From Amoebidium appalachense (Eukaryota > Protista > Ichthyosporea), in assembly GCA_963693365.1 (NCBI GenBank), contig CAVNZM010000003.1, positions 14,612,922 to 14,676,642 of the forward strand: a stretch of 63,721 nt of DNA. The letters are read 5' to 3'. Under the pieces are notes generated by a model. It did no database searches and had not been told where the DNA came from. It saw nothing but the letters and a program-made list of their open reading frames with translations. Position numbers and translations under genes: made by a program. This document shows, piece after piece, positions 1 through 28,072 of the stretch; the first letter of the stretch is position 1, and each line of letters begins with the position of its first letter.

Positions 1-66
1 AGAAAATTAAAATTTTGCTTTCAATCATTTGAGCTACAGAGTTAATATGAGTCCCTAAGAGAATAT

Positions 67-180
67 TGGGATTCCTAATTCAACACTAATTAATACTGAG
101 AAAGTTATCCCTAATAATTATCCAAATGCACCTGCTCTAATATACATTATTTCTATATCATTATGATGTGTCAGAAATAA
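67..180 (-). pseudogene. cox1: Mitochondrial cox1 5' fragment (NUMT), copy 1
   Basis: Minus-strand reading LFLTHHNDIEIMYIRAGAFG*LLGITFSVLISVELGIP aligns with the COX1 N-terminus (LFSTNHKDIGTLY...GAFAG..GT.FS.LIR.ELG.PG). It has an in-frame TAA and lies in AT-rich sequence unlike the rest of the window. Confidence 0.8.
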
Positions 181-537
181 TTACTTTTATGCTTATGATA
201 CCATCTTTGTTCTTCCTACTCAGATAAATTATCGGCACTTTAAAAATTAAAAAGCCTACAATAGCAATAAGACAGGTCAAGATCTCACGATTCAGACTGA
301 TGGAATTAGTTCTCCCTAGTCAAACAAATGGTGAAAGACTGCTATGTAAGTAAATCATAAGAAAGCTTTCTTCTTTTACACATTCGGCTACTGACTGATT
401 TAAGGTACTAACATTGAGGACACGTCATGTACTATACTTTTTCTTACGAGTATGAGATACACTTTATTGTTGATAATACCAAATGTTAATCGAATAAGTA
501 TTATACATCATTAAACCTCTAGTTTAGAAAAGCAGTT

Positions 538-655
538 ATAGGACTATAAATCAAAACTAGCTTAAGCTCACGATTAAGAGAATAATATCTCTTCAATACA
601 GCTCTATTGAATAGTAAAACGTATTGTTTCGCGAATAGTCTCGGAGGAGTCTACT
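538..655 (-). other. Possible group I intron core remnant (R and S elements) inside the NUMT
   Basis: On the minus strand CCTCCGAGACTATT (R-like, P7 GACTA) is followed ~90 nt later by GATTTATAGTCC (S-like, P7' TAGTC). Order and complementarity are correct; the rest of the fold was not verified. Confidence 0.4.
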
Positions 656-868
656 AATAGAAATGTTTTATCTATTTTGATTCCCTCCTGATTGACCTGC
701 ACTTGGTGTCAAGAGCTGTTGTACTTTGTTATTGTGACGACTAGGTACCAAATAACAAAGTTGTAGATTTAAGATTATCACTCTTAAAGAGTACTTAAAT
801 TTTTAGGTTGTCTCGGCATATAGCTAAATTAATTATGGATCATTTGTGTTAGTTACACTTACCGCACT

Positions 869-1009
869 GGGTTCTCCTAAATCAATATGAATAACTAGTG
901 TCATACCTAATATTAGTAATTCAATTCTAATTACTACGCAGAAAGTTGTTCCTAATAATCCTCCAAATGCATCTGCTATAATATACATCATTCTCATACC
1001 TTTATTATT
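869..1009 (-). pseudogene. cox1: Mitochondrial cox1 5' fragment (NUMT), copy 2
   Basis: NNKGMRMMYIIADAFGGLLGTTFCVVIRIELLILGMTLVIHIDLGEP. Nucleotide-similar to copy 1 at ~840 bp offset (aatgcacctgct vs aatgcatctgct), with a short internal duplication. Confidence 0.75.
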
Positions 1010-1239
1010 TCCTACTAATTGAGTAAGTACGGCACTCTAAATCTTAGAGAGCCAGCTAGAGTATTTAAAGAGATTCCTTCCTAAGAGAATAGTCTTATGC
1101 TCTTATCAGCACGATACGACAAGCTCGTGGAGTACTAGCACCTACTTTTTACAATCATATTTCTCTATTCTTAGAGAACGATAACCATAGTACTTCCCCT
1201 TCATTACATTTAAGATTTATAATAGTTCCAAATCCTGAT

Positions 1240-1990
1240 TTGTTAAATCTCCAATCTGCAGATTCATCACTTCTACATCGGAATTTTTCAAATTGGGACC
1301 TCACCATAGTCCATCTTTTCTCTTTCCTACTATTGAATAAGTTAATTCAATTCCTATGGTATTAATAACCTAATACTATCTTATTTCATTGCCTTTAATA
1401 TTCTTATTAATTGCCTAAACTGGAGTACCGCGAAAGTTTCGTAGATTTCCGTAGGTACCAAATTATAATTTGTTTAAACTCCAATCTCAGATTCATCACG
1501 CCTGTATCCTGAATTTAAACCAAATTACCCTTATTTTCTTTTATAAATATGTTAATAACAACTTAAGATTCTTAAACCTAATTATGATATACTATAATTT
1601 CAATTTTCAAGATCGTCAGTCCCGAAATTTAAAACCAATTTACTCTTATTTTCCCGTATAAACTGGTTAATTACAATTTAAAATCCTTATTGATTTCATA
1701 AAATCCATTCCCTCATATGCTAAAACTCCTATTTTTAGACCCGTCCCGTCTGTATCAAGAAATTTTAAACCAATTTACCCTTATTTTCCCTCATAAATCG
1801 GTCAATAACAATTTAAGATTACGATAAAACCTAATGTATTAAACCTCCAATATGTAGATGCGTCACTTCTACATAGGAATTGTCAAAATTGGAACCCCAT
1901 TTTCCAAAAATGACAATTTTCCAGAATTTTGACAATTTTCCAAATTGAGACCTCCATTTTTGGATTTTGACATCTTCTGTATTTAGGATT
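1240..1990. repeat. Diverged AT-rich repeat units
   Basis: Recurring blocks aa(t/c)ctccaat..cagat.c.tcac at ~1245, ~1475 and ~1840, and aatttaaaccaa.ttac.cttattttc at ~1512, ~1626 and ~1761. Confidence 0.55.
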
Positions 1991-2139
1991 TGTATTTTCA
2001 TCTTATATCGTGACACATGCCTAGAATAGAAGAAGGGAGGAGGGGGCGAGATGAAATAACTAGACTGGGCCCCCGAACTCCCAACTCAAAGAAAAGTTTA
2101 TACGTATACACGGTTTCGAGCCCCTTTAAGCGTGCAGAT

Positions 2140-2600
2140 AGTTAGAGTAGTTCATATACACACTGTTTGTTGCCACGACAACGGGACGAAAGTCGTTAAT
2201 GACCCCCTGCGATACCTTCTTACGAACGGGCGTGACGATCGTGTCAAGCCACAAATTTGGAATAAACCCGAGTTCGAAAAAAGCCGAAAAAAACTCAACA
2301 AGAAGGACAGCAAAAGACGGGGGTGGGGGGGACTCTGCACGATTACGGGGCGGAAGCACGGGAGAAAGAACCTTGAAAAGCACGGGAGGAAGAGCATCCA
2401 GCCCGCACGCTTTGCGGGGTTTTAACGCCTGTATAGCACCAAAAACAGCCGAAGAGTTGAAATAACTGTGAAAAGTGCCCAGGAACGATCGGTCCGGCTC
2501 CCAACTCGGCGGCTGGGAGAGGCCAGCGGGCGGTGATGGAACCGTGGACACGGTAGGAAGCGAAAATAGGGAAGCATAATAGTCGTCGACGGATTCAGCG
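2140..2600 (-). mobile_element. Non-LTR retrotransposon (LINE) reverse transcriptase N-terminal fragment, truncated
   Basis: ORF 2126..2842 contains AIQALKPRKACGLDALP...FFSAFFELGFIPNLWLDTIVTPVRKK...NDFRPV, matching the LINE RT KAPGPDG / IPxxW / YRPI region. It stops before the YADD core. Confidence 0.8.
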
Positions 2601-3341
2601 ACGGAGATGGAAGGAGACGGGGCATATATAGACTTGCAAATTTGTTTTGATATCTGGGCATGCAGATGTAAATTTGTTGGATATATGCAGATCTGGGGAT
2701 GTGCACCGAGATATATGTTGGATATCTCGGCCATGTGGCCATCGATGTAGATATGTTGAAGGCGTGTGCCACGGTTATGTGTTAACGTTGTATATGTCTG
2801 GGCAATTATTATGGTGGAATATGTAAAGATGCTGGGTGTCAAGGAATGTAGATGTAAATTAGCTGCTTATCTCGGCATGTGCATTTGGATATATTTTATA
2901 TATCTTTTTGTTGTGCGCTAGCTGCGCTCCAATTCGTTTTCATCGCCCAACTTTAAAGGCTTGTGGCTGGCTGTACATCCCCTCCCTTTCGCAAACCGTT
3001 TTTTTTTTTTTTGCCCTGCTCGATCCATTACTAAATAAGGCTAATCCGCTCGTTTCTCCTCCAATCGTGTCGAAGACTGCTTTTGTACACGTGCAGTGCG
3101 GCCTCGCCTCTAAATAAAGTTGAAAGCTTCTAGATCACACCTGACGTGTCTGCATGTGTTGTGTATATGTACGCATGTATGCTTACGACCGACACCATAG
3201 AAAAAATACAAGACAGTATTTGGAGACGGGTACAAGATCTAAGTATTTGGAGACGGGTACAAGGTGTGTGTGTATGCGCTGGGGGATAGTAGTGGTTTTT
3301 TTTTTTCTTACTTTCTTTCTTTTTTTGGTTTTTGTTTTGTT

Positions 3342-3445
<104 letters not shown>

Positions 3446-3496
3446 TGGTAATGGCGGTGGGTGGGGCTTTTGGGGGGGGGGGGGGGGGGGGGGGGG

Positions 3497-4201
3497 TTGA
3501 ATGCGGAACACAGTACGAAGTACGCATACACGATGAGAAGCATGGTGCAGGACACATGCAAAGGCAAACATTCAAGTATGCAACATCAGCCATGCGCACA
3601 GTATGCGTCATAAGCAGAGCCCATCCTCAGGCCCAAGTCATCAATTGCGTCTGAGTTTCGACCCGTTAGCCCGCGTATATACGACGCTCCAACTCAGACA
3701 GCAGCATCAACTGAACTTGGGTGGGTCAACCCGTCTTGATCAAAGACGAGCAGGGTTGCTTATGCAAGCAAGGTGAGCAAAACGGTGAAGATGTGTGTGC
3801 AAACTAATGCAGTGCAGCGAAAAACGCGTATGTGCTTACAGATGCACGACACAGAGCAACCATGCCCGGTTGCATGGAAGTAAAGATGTCTCCACACAGT
3901 GGTCTGTCCTGAAAGGACACCTCTGAAAGAAGACAGGGGGGGTTTGAATGCGGAACACAGTACGAAGTACGCATACACGATGAGAAGCATGGTGCAGGAC
4001 ACATGGCATTGCAAAGGCAAACATTGAAGTATGCAACATCAGCCATGCGCACGCGCACAGTATGCGTCATAAGCAGAGCCCATCCTCAGGGAGGGCCCAA
4101 GTCATCAATTGTGTCTGAGTTTCGACCCCTTAGCCCGCGTATATACAACGCTCCAACTCAGACAGCAGCATCAACTGAACTTGGGTGGGTCAACCCGTCT
4201 T
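3497..4201 (-). mobile_element. Poly(C)-ended ~450-nt repeat family, 1.6-unit head-to-tail copy (A)
   Basis: Unit 3497-3943 restarts at 3944 after a G7 junction (period 447). Flanked on both sides by poly-G and near-identical to 9653-10225. Confidence 0.85.
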
Positions 4202-4479
4202 GGGGGGGGGGGGGGGGGGGGGTTCTGCAAAGGCACACGTTTATACCAACTGTTTACTGTTATGCATTGAATTAACTAATTAATAGTGAGGGGTCAATAA
4301 CCCAATGCAAAGTTCATTCTTTCAATCACTATCATAGTTTGTAGAAACTAAAACATTCTTTAAGCGTGCTTATACCTGACTTGGTCGTCTTTAACTATAA
4401 GGCACGTTCATCTACGACCGTTGAGGTGGTGACCTTATTTCGTTCGCTTTCGAGACACACAAAATGCATTTGTGTATCC

Positions 4480-4557
<78 letters not shown>

Positions 4558-4710
4558 TTATGTGTGCACGCGCCCGTGCACGTGTGTATGTAGATCCGCA
4601 CGTGTGCACACACTCGCATGTTCCCTGTCTGGGAATATAACAAAAACACAGACTGCTCGAGCCTACCTGCCCGCGGCTGTGCATTTTTTTTTCAACTCTC
4701 ACAGCCTTTT

Positions 4711-19105
<14,395 letters not shown>

Positions 19106-19431
19106 TGTTCTAACTCCTTATCCTCACCACATGTAACGCATTTTTTGTTATGAAATTGATGCTAACCCTCTAGATCTGAAAAGTAAAGTAGTCTGGTGTA
19201 CAATCGACCCCGTTTCTGAAACTCACGAAAAGCGATGGAGGCGAATTAGGTGCATATGCTGTGCCTAAGCGTGTTTTTTTCCCCAAAATAATAATCACTT
19301 CAAGGGAACAAACAGAACACAAGCTAACTAAAAACATCACAAACTCAATCACCTCTACTCAAACCTCTCTCTCTCTCTCCTAGAGCTCCCGCCTGCCGGA
19401 GACTACGGTAACGGTCGCGGCCCCTACATGA

Positions 19432-19457
19432 TGACGTAACAGGGTTCGTGACGTCAC
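19432..19457. promoter_or_regulatory. CRE/ATF-type sites upstream of the CDK gene
   Basis: TGACGTAA (19432-19439) and palindromic TGACGTCA (19449-19456), ~330-350 bp upstream of the ATG. Function is inferred. Confidence 0.45.
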
Positions 19458-19502
19458 ATTAAGATATGACGAATTTTGTAGTTCTCAGACTATCCCGTCT
19501 AG

Positions 19503-19554
<52 letters not shown>

Positions 19555-20117
19555 AATGATAATAATAATAATAATAATAATAAAAGTAACGAAGTCTTGG
19601 AAGTGACTTTGCATTCATTTAATGTTAGTGCAGACTTTGTTGAACTTGCCATTATGTCTGGCCGCCCGGACATTTTCATTCTCGGTCTTCGTTTTGTTTA
19701 TCAAAGTTTCGTAGCCCTAGGCTGATTCTAGTTTTAATTCTGCCCTTCCCCCCCCCCCCACCCCCCACCCCCACCCCCCACCCCCACCCTCCCCCCTCCC
19801 CCCCTCAGGACCACGTCCCCACGTCCCCCCCCCCCCCCCCCCCCCCGTGCACCTCCCGGGGTTCTCCGGCCTCCCCCTTCTCCCGGGCCCTCCTGCCCCT
19901 CGGCCTCCCCCTCCTCGAGGCCTCCACCACTCCCCTCCCCAACCCCCCCTCTCCCGCACGGCCCCCCGCAGGGACCCTCCCCCTGCCCAAGATTCCGCCC
20001 GGAAAACCGTGACAAAGTTAACAATAGGACTTTCTGCCCCCTCTTTCACTCAAACTTTCTAACAAAAACTCTTTGGAATTTGTTTACCGATACATTTTCA
20101 TATTTTTGTGCCTAATA

Positions 20118-20159
<42 letters not shown>

Positions 20160-20404
20160 ACCACCACCACCACCACCACCACCACCACCACCACCACCAC
20201 CACCACTACCACCACTACCACCACACACACACACACAGACCAAAAAAAAAAAACAAAAAAAAACTAACCGGCACGTACATACCACCATGACCGCCACCAC
20301 CACCTCCACCTTGCAACCTTACCCCCGTATCCTCCCCCCCCCCCCTCCCCCTCTCTCTCCCCCCCCTCCCCCCACACACACACACACACATATATACACA
20401 GTGT

Positions 20405-20459
<55 letters not shown>

Positions 20460-20921
20460 ACACACAACCACCACCTCCCGTCAAAATATCTCCACGTGCG
20501 TCTATCTACATTCCCCACTCAGTCATCCCCCCCCCCCCCCCCTTTCGGAACCCTACTGTGATCCAAGGCTCCCCAATCGCTGGACCCCCCCGGGCCCCCC
20601 CAGTTCTCCCTCTCCTCCTCCCCCTCCTCTTCCCCCCCCCCTCCCTCCCCGCGTCCCCTGCCTGAGCCTATCTTCCCCCCTCCCACCATAACCCCGTGAT
20701 GCACTACCATTTGTGCATTCCGCACATCATAAATAGACTTGCTCCAGTCCTCCCCCCCCCTCCCCCCCTCCCCCCCTCGCGCAAGGGGAAAAAAGCACGC
20801 ACACGCATGCACAACAATGCACCGTCGTAGTAACCTCACCAACACATAAACAAACTCGCGAGCGGCTCCTGCATGTATGAAGTTATTCAATATGTGCATG
20901 TTTGTCCAAACTACATCACTT

Positions 20922-21010
20922 GCTTTATTACAGCGTGACGTAGGAATTTGCCCTGTTTCCACGTTTTCCATTTCAATGAATCAACCCACGCACGTCATGA
21001 TTGGCTTAGC
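20922..21010. repeat. Dispersed repeat, second copy at ~31360-31480
   Basis: gctttattacag...acgtaggaatttgcc..tttccacgttttc.atttcaat.aatcaa...cccacgcac...atgattggcttag is present at both sites. Confidence 0.75.
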
Positions 21011-21054
21011 GATTCATAGTTTTAAATTGGGGAGCGGGGTAATAATGACTTTCT

Positions 21055-21088
<34 letters not shown>

Positions 21089-21176
21089 AGGGGAAGGGGC
21101 GCTGGGGACTCACCCACCCAGGGCCTTTGGACAGGTCATCGGGTGCCCCCCCCCCCCCCCCCCCCCCCCCCACCGG

Positions 21177-21207
<31 letters not shown>

Positions 21208-21814
21208 ACCCGAGAACCCACCCTTCTCTCCGGCTAGCAGGGGGAGGGGGGGGGGAACCCACCCACCCCATATATATATACTGCCATCATGTGACGATAT
21301 CAGATGACTCGACCTAGTCATATAATAATGCTATCATTTAGCAGCAGTTTACATACATTGCCAAAACGTAAACATTGAGGTTAACTAATAGGATTCCTTT
21401 CACAACTGAAACTCAGGCTATATGGCTGTACGGTCATACTCCCCCCCTCCCCCCTCCCCTCCCCTCCCCCCCGAGGCCCCTGTCCCTCCCCCCCGCCCCC
21501 GCCCCCCCCCCCCCTCTCGTAATCGTACACACACACACACCATGACACTTTCAGACGTATTTGATTTATGACTCACACGTACCTGCACACGCATGTACCA
21601 CACACACACAAGAGGTGCACAAACTTTGACTGGCGATGAGTACCCGACATGATACGCATGAACATGCAAATACACTCACCCACGGCACACACATGCATCC
21701 CCTGCCACACAGATACACTGCGTGGTGAGCTGCAGCGGTGAGCACGATAACCTTGCTCCCAATAATTCATGATTTAGAGATAGTTAGCCGTTGCACGTGT
21801 GTGCGTGCGCGCGC

Positions 21815-21998
<184 letters not shown>

Positions 21999-22332
21999 CC
22001 GTGCGCGCCCGCGCGCGTGTGCGTTTCTTCAAGTGCATTTCAATACCTGTGAAATGAACAGGGTGCCACAAGGGGAAAGGGGGGGGAGGGGAAGGGAGGG
22101 GCGGGAGGTGAGTGGGGCGTGAGGGGTGGGCAGGGGGAGGGGGGGGGGGGGGGAGCTGGGGGGTGGGGGGGGGGATCCGGAGGGGTCGTTAGAAGATGTT
22201 ATAGAGCAGCAATGATTATTAGACACACATTTGCCGCAAACAACACCGTGACCAAGCACACCTTGCAAATAACACACAACGAGTATGCATATCCGGCAGA
22301 AGAAGAGCACCAGAACCAAGGGTACGTACGGG

Positions 22333-22467
<135 letters not shown>

Positions 22468-22516
22468 CGCACGGCGCGCGTGTGTGTGGTCGGTGTGTGT
22501 ATGTGTGTGTGGAGGG

Positions 22517-22559
<43 letters not shown>

Positions 22560-23649
22560 GTTTGGGGAAGGGGGGGATAAGCACCAGTGACTAAAACGGA
22601 AGCAAATCCTCCAAAAGACAGTGATGTCCGAATGACGCTTCACACGAGAGCCAATCACATCGTTTGACTCCGTGTGCATACCAGAGGATAAAAATAGAAA
22701 CTGCGCCACCGCGCCACCGCGGCTGACTCTCTCTACAAGGAAAGTGAATTAATCAGCTCAGGAAAAATAAACTAATATTTCGCTCACTCTCATACAACTC
22801 GTACATATATCTATATTTGATTTTTCCAAAGAACTAAACAAATAAATATTAGTACTCGTCTAATACACAATAAACGAATCTACCCTTATAAAGGAAAATA
22901 CCTAATAATTCAAATTCCTTGAATAAACCAATCAGAATCGATTTCAGGTTAGAGCAAATACCAAACAACATTCCACATTACAGTACCTTTATTACTGGAC
23001 ACCGTGGTGAACATGTGTCTCTCTGGGCTCCCTCTAACTACGCTAGACACAGGGAGCTCAGGCACGTCAGACACACAAACTACAACACAGACAGAAACAC
23101 AAAGCACAAGATGTGGCAGGCGCACTCAGATCTATAGCCTACGATCACTCAGTAAAAGGGCCTGGTACTCGGTGTCCCAGTCAGTGCACATGTGTACACA
23201 TGCGCGCATTGTGCCGCACGATCGATTATCTGGGCGGCTTATGCGCTCAAGTTAGCCTAAAGGCTTAGACGTATACAAGTATATTGATCAAGCAAGAGTT
23301 TTGTTTGAAAAAATTTAATGGTAATAGAGAAAAACAGAGATAAAACACTGCTAACAAACAGTTAGAGGGAATAGAGTACGCCAGTACGTGGTATGCACGC
23401 AAGCGCGGAAGACCTCCCGATTGGCTAGCTTTCATTGCACGTCCACCAATCACAAACTACTCTTCCCATCCAATCACATGAATGCTTAGTGATACATAAA
23501 AAAAGCAGCTGGCCGCCTATAAAATGTGTGAACACCGTCAGTCAGTGTACAGTAAACAGCCACAAGAACAACGATTCACACTCACAGCTCCTTTATTTTT
23601 CGCGGCACGTTTGTGGCACCTTGCAATTGTCAACATGTCTCCACGTCAT

Positions 23650-24488
23650 ATGAGCATCACCGATTATGCCATCCTTGCCACCTTGGGGCTTTTGTCAATG
23701 CCGCTGGCAAACACAGGCGGGCACCGTTTCTAAAACTTGGCATGCACTGCTCATCACCGAATATGTATGCATGAATTGTACGTATACAGTGCTTAAGCTT
23801 AAGGCGTATGCTTTTGTGCTTGTCGCCCACGTGTGTATGTTTGCATTGACAAACCTTCATGAGGGTTGCTTGGCCATTATGTGATCCATTTCAACTTCTC
23901 GTTGCCTTTGTGTATGAGTGCATCCTTGCAATTGTGGAGGTCCGGAGATGGTTCTTTGTGCATAATAAACATATCATAGATAGTGACTGTTTTTGAAGCT
24001 GTTAACGTGCAAGCCTGCTGCCAACCAAAGACAACCAATATCTCAGTAGCTAACGTTAAATATTTTCCACCATCGCAGTCAACGCCATGCCCGTGACATC
24101 AGTACAGCTGCCAAACACGGCCGTGCAGCACAGCACCACAATGCTGCACACCTCGCTGCATTCCTTCAGGCTTGCTCGCCGCCAGGCAGCTAGCGAGGAA
24201 GAATCAGCCGCGTGGTCAAACGAGAACGAGCCCGAGACCGCGGAGGAAGAGTCCGTGTCAGACTCCGATGATGACAGCTCTTCTCCTGTCTACATGCCCA
24301 CAGAAGATGCAAGCGGAAACACGATCATTCTGTGTGTGATGAACTGCGGCAACAACGACAACAACAACAGCAACGACGGAAGCAACGACGGAAACAACAA
24401 CGGAGACTATAATGGAAATGAAGACGGTTCCCTCAGTGGGAATAACAACGGGGCTGGAAACAACGGGGGAAGCACCGAAATACAATAA
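23650..24488 (+). CDS. Putative secreted acidic, Asn/Gly-rich protein, 2 exons (23650-23716, 24079-24488)
   Basis: Upstream MSITDYAILATLGLLSMPLANT joins in phase at catcgcag|tc to give ...VNA-MPVTSV (signal-peptide-like). ORF 24087..24488 has coding-like composition and TATAAAA lies at ~23518. The donor is GC (23717) or a weak GT (23726). Confidence 0.55.
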
Positions 24489-24743
24489 TATAATTATCCT
24501 CATTATATATCATGATATTATTCTACCCTCCGACCCGTCTCTCCCCGGCTCTCTCTCTCTCTTCCACCCTCCTTCCTTCCTCCCTCCCTCCCTCCCTCCC
24601 TCCCTCCCTCCCTCCCTCCCTCCCTCCCTCCCTCCCTCTCTCCCTCTCTTCCTCTCTCCCTCTCCGCAAATGCAGGATTATTCTTCAAAGAGCAGATTTT
24701 TCTGCGTTCGACAGCAGCGTAGTTCTGCTAAAACTCGCAGCGT

Positions 24744-24870
24744 GATTTTGCTTTTTTCAGAATAATTCTGCTTTTTCAGAATAGTTCGGCTATTTTCAGA
24801 ATGATTCTGCTTTTGCAGAAAAATTCTTCTTTTAAAGAATAATTCTACTTTTTGCAAGTTGATTCTGCCG
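24744..24870. repeat. ~20-bp minisatellite (attctgctttttcagaata)
   Basis: About six degenerate tandem units, several with a ttctg...cagaa mini-hairpin. Confidence 0.7.
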
Positions 24871-24882
24871 ATGTGGTTGGGC

Positions 24883-24960
<78 letters not shown>

Positions 24961-24975
24961 GAGAGGGGGGGGGGG

Positions 24976-25015
<40 letters not shown>

Positions 25016-25546
25016 AGGGGGAGAGAGAGGGGGGGAGGGGGAGGGAGGGAGAGAGGGACGGAGGGACGGAGGGACGGAGGGAGGGAGGGAGGGAGGGAGG
25101 GAGGGAGGGAGGGAGGGAGGGAGGGAGGGAGGGAGGGAGGGAGGGAGGGAGGGAGGGAGGGAGGGAGGGAGGGAGAGAGGGAGAGAGGGAGGGAGGGAGG
25201 GAGGGAGGGAGGGATGCAGGGAGGGAGGGAGGGCGGGAGAGAGAGGGAGACAGAGAGTGAGAGGGAGATGTTCTGAGTCTATGCCATCAAGTTAACGAAG
25301 CCATGGTTAAACGTTGCATCCATCTAATATTAGTGCTACGGTAGCTATTTATCTGACTGAAGCTATCAAAACGGGTTTTTTCTTTTCTTGTTTTTCTATT
25401 TTCGGAGCCTTGGGTACATCCTAGCCTGATATGATCTGTGGCCTGCCACCCCCCCCCCCCCCCTCCTCCCCCCTCCCGGACCCCTGGTCCTCCTCCCCCC
25501 CTCCCCCTGCTTCCCCAACCCCCCTCCCTCCCCTCCCCCCTCCTCA

Positions 25547-25580
<34 letters not shown>

Positions 25581-26117
25581 TCCGTGGGGCCTTAGGTTCC
25601 TCACCCGGCACGATGGAACAAAGTTAACAAAAGAACTGTACAATTACCCATTTACTGTAAGAAAATTTACAGATCCTTTCGGTATCGATACCTTGCCACA
25701 TGTTTGTGCCCAACTTCATGCCCCCCCCCCCCCTTCCCTTCCTCTTCCCCCTTCCCCCCTTCCCCCCTCCCCCCCCCCTCCCCCCCCCCCCCCCCCCCCC
25801 CCCCCAAACAACGCACACACACACACACAAAAAAAAAAAAAAAACAAGCAAAAAAAAAAAAAGAAGAAAAAAGAAAAAAAGAAAGGAAGAATTCAGAATG
25901 ATAAAAACACCTTGTACGCACGGTCGCTGCTGCCGCTTCCAACCCCACCCCCCTACCCCCAGCTCCCTACCCCACCCTCACACACACATGTTTGTACACA
26001 CAAACACACACGCTGTGACACACACGCACATGCACACGCACACGTGCACACACGCACACACACAGAAAACACACACACACACACACACAAGCACACACAC
26101 ACACACACAAGCACACA

Positions 26118-26174
<57 letters not shown>

Positions 26175-26563
26175 TTACACACCACCACCACTTCCGACCA
26201 GAATTTCTGCACATGTACCTACATGTCCGTGCAGTCATCCCTCCCTCCCCCCCCCTCCCCCTCTCCTGCCCTCCCCCCTCCCCCCTCCCCCCTCCCGGCC
26301 CCACCTCTCCCCCCCCCCCCCCCCCCTTTCCACCCCCCTGCCCGAGTCCCCCAAATGATCGGCTACGTAATAATATCTTAGTAACGTTTAGAAGGCCTCT
26401 GGAAAAAAAGAAGCGACAAACGGGCATAATGTTTAGAGTTTACGAGTTTCAGGCTCAATTACAGTTTTGAGTATTCCCTTACAGCCTCCCCCCCCCCCCC
26501 CCCCTTCCCCCCCCCACCCCCTCCCCCCCCCTCCACCCATCCAACCTCAAACAAGAACACACA

Positions 26564-26660
<97 letters not shown>

Positions 26661-27625
26661 ACACGTGCGCACACACACAAATGCACAAGTATACAAACAC
26701 AGACACACACACAAACACACTCGAAAGCAGTCAATGTGTGCATGCAGTACTATACCGCAACGCTTGTGCGGTTTTGTTTTTGGGCTGGTGTGTGTGTGCA
26801 TGTGCGAGTGTGCACAAGGCAAGCTTAAGAGCGCCGGGGAAAGTAAACTTAATTTCTTAATTCTTAAAATTAATGTAACTTTGACTTTTTATTGGTTTTT
26901 TTGTTATTGTTTTTTGTGTTTACTCGCACCTGTCAGGTTTGCCGCATGATTTTGAGCTTTTTTTAAAAGTTTAAAAATTAAAGCCGAGCATTCGCAACTG
27001 CAAAAGCGAGGGAGTGGTGGGGTGATTCGAGGGTGATTCGATTGGAGGCCTAACATTAGATTATATATGTGTTTTCTTATTTTATTTTTTTTTATTTAAA
27101 GTAAACGCTCCGGTGTCTGTACAAGTTACAGAGTATTCGTCGGTAAATTCGGGCGTAGATAACCAGTACCTCGCGCCCGTGGCAGCATAAATGCCTAAAT
27201 AATCGGCCGAATTTCACAAAAACCATACTACATGCCTAGAAATGTCTGCACATTTTTTTGACTGGCCGAAGAAATTACCGGAATCATGCATGGTTATTGC
27301 ACTATAAAGCTCAAATCTTAACAGAAGATATTTACTATTAGTACACAATAGTCAGAACATTGATAGTTTACATTTTATTAGCTCTTTTATGAACCGCATT
27401 TCCTGCAAAGTTGAAAAAAAAAAAAAAAAAAAAAAAAACCCTAATCATCAGTAAAGCATTTTAAACCATCCACTTACCAACTTGGGAAAAAAATCCATAA
27501 AAGTATACTGTGAAATCTCGTTGTATGGCCCAGTGCAAAAGATGTAACTGTGAAATCTCGTATTATGGTCCAGTGCAAAAGATGCAAATAAAGAGTTTTA
27601 AAAACGTTATTTTAACTCTTGCATC

Positions 27626-28022
27626 CTACTGGTAGATGGCCTTTATCTCCTTGTCAAAGTGGGTGTAAATGTTCTTGCGCTGCAGCTTCATCGACGCAGT
27701 CACCAGCCCGGTCTCAGGCAGCCACAATTCCGGACACAGGTGAATTTTCGCCGGAATTTCAAAGCGTGCAAGGCGCGCGGCCTTGGCCGATGCATTGAGG
27801 TTGTCCATGATCAGTTGGATAACCTAGAGATATAACGGGTAAAATTGGTCAGCAACCGCAGGGTTTGAAAGAGCTGCAAGAAAAGCGAGAGTGGTGATGT
27901 CGGTGGCAGCGCGGTAGGAGAAGGGGGGTGGGGGTGGGTGAGAGGGTGGGTGGGTGGTGGGGGGGGAGCACTTCCAACCATGTATGAATTTTTTTTTTGC
28001 TTTTCCCGTGTGTGTATGTGTG

Positions 28023-28072
<50 letters not shown>

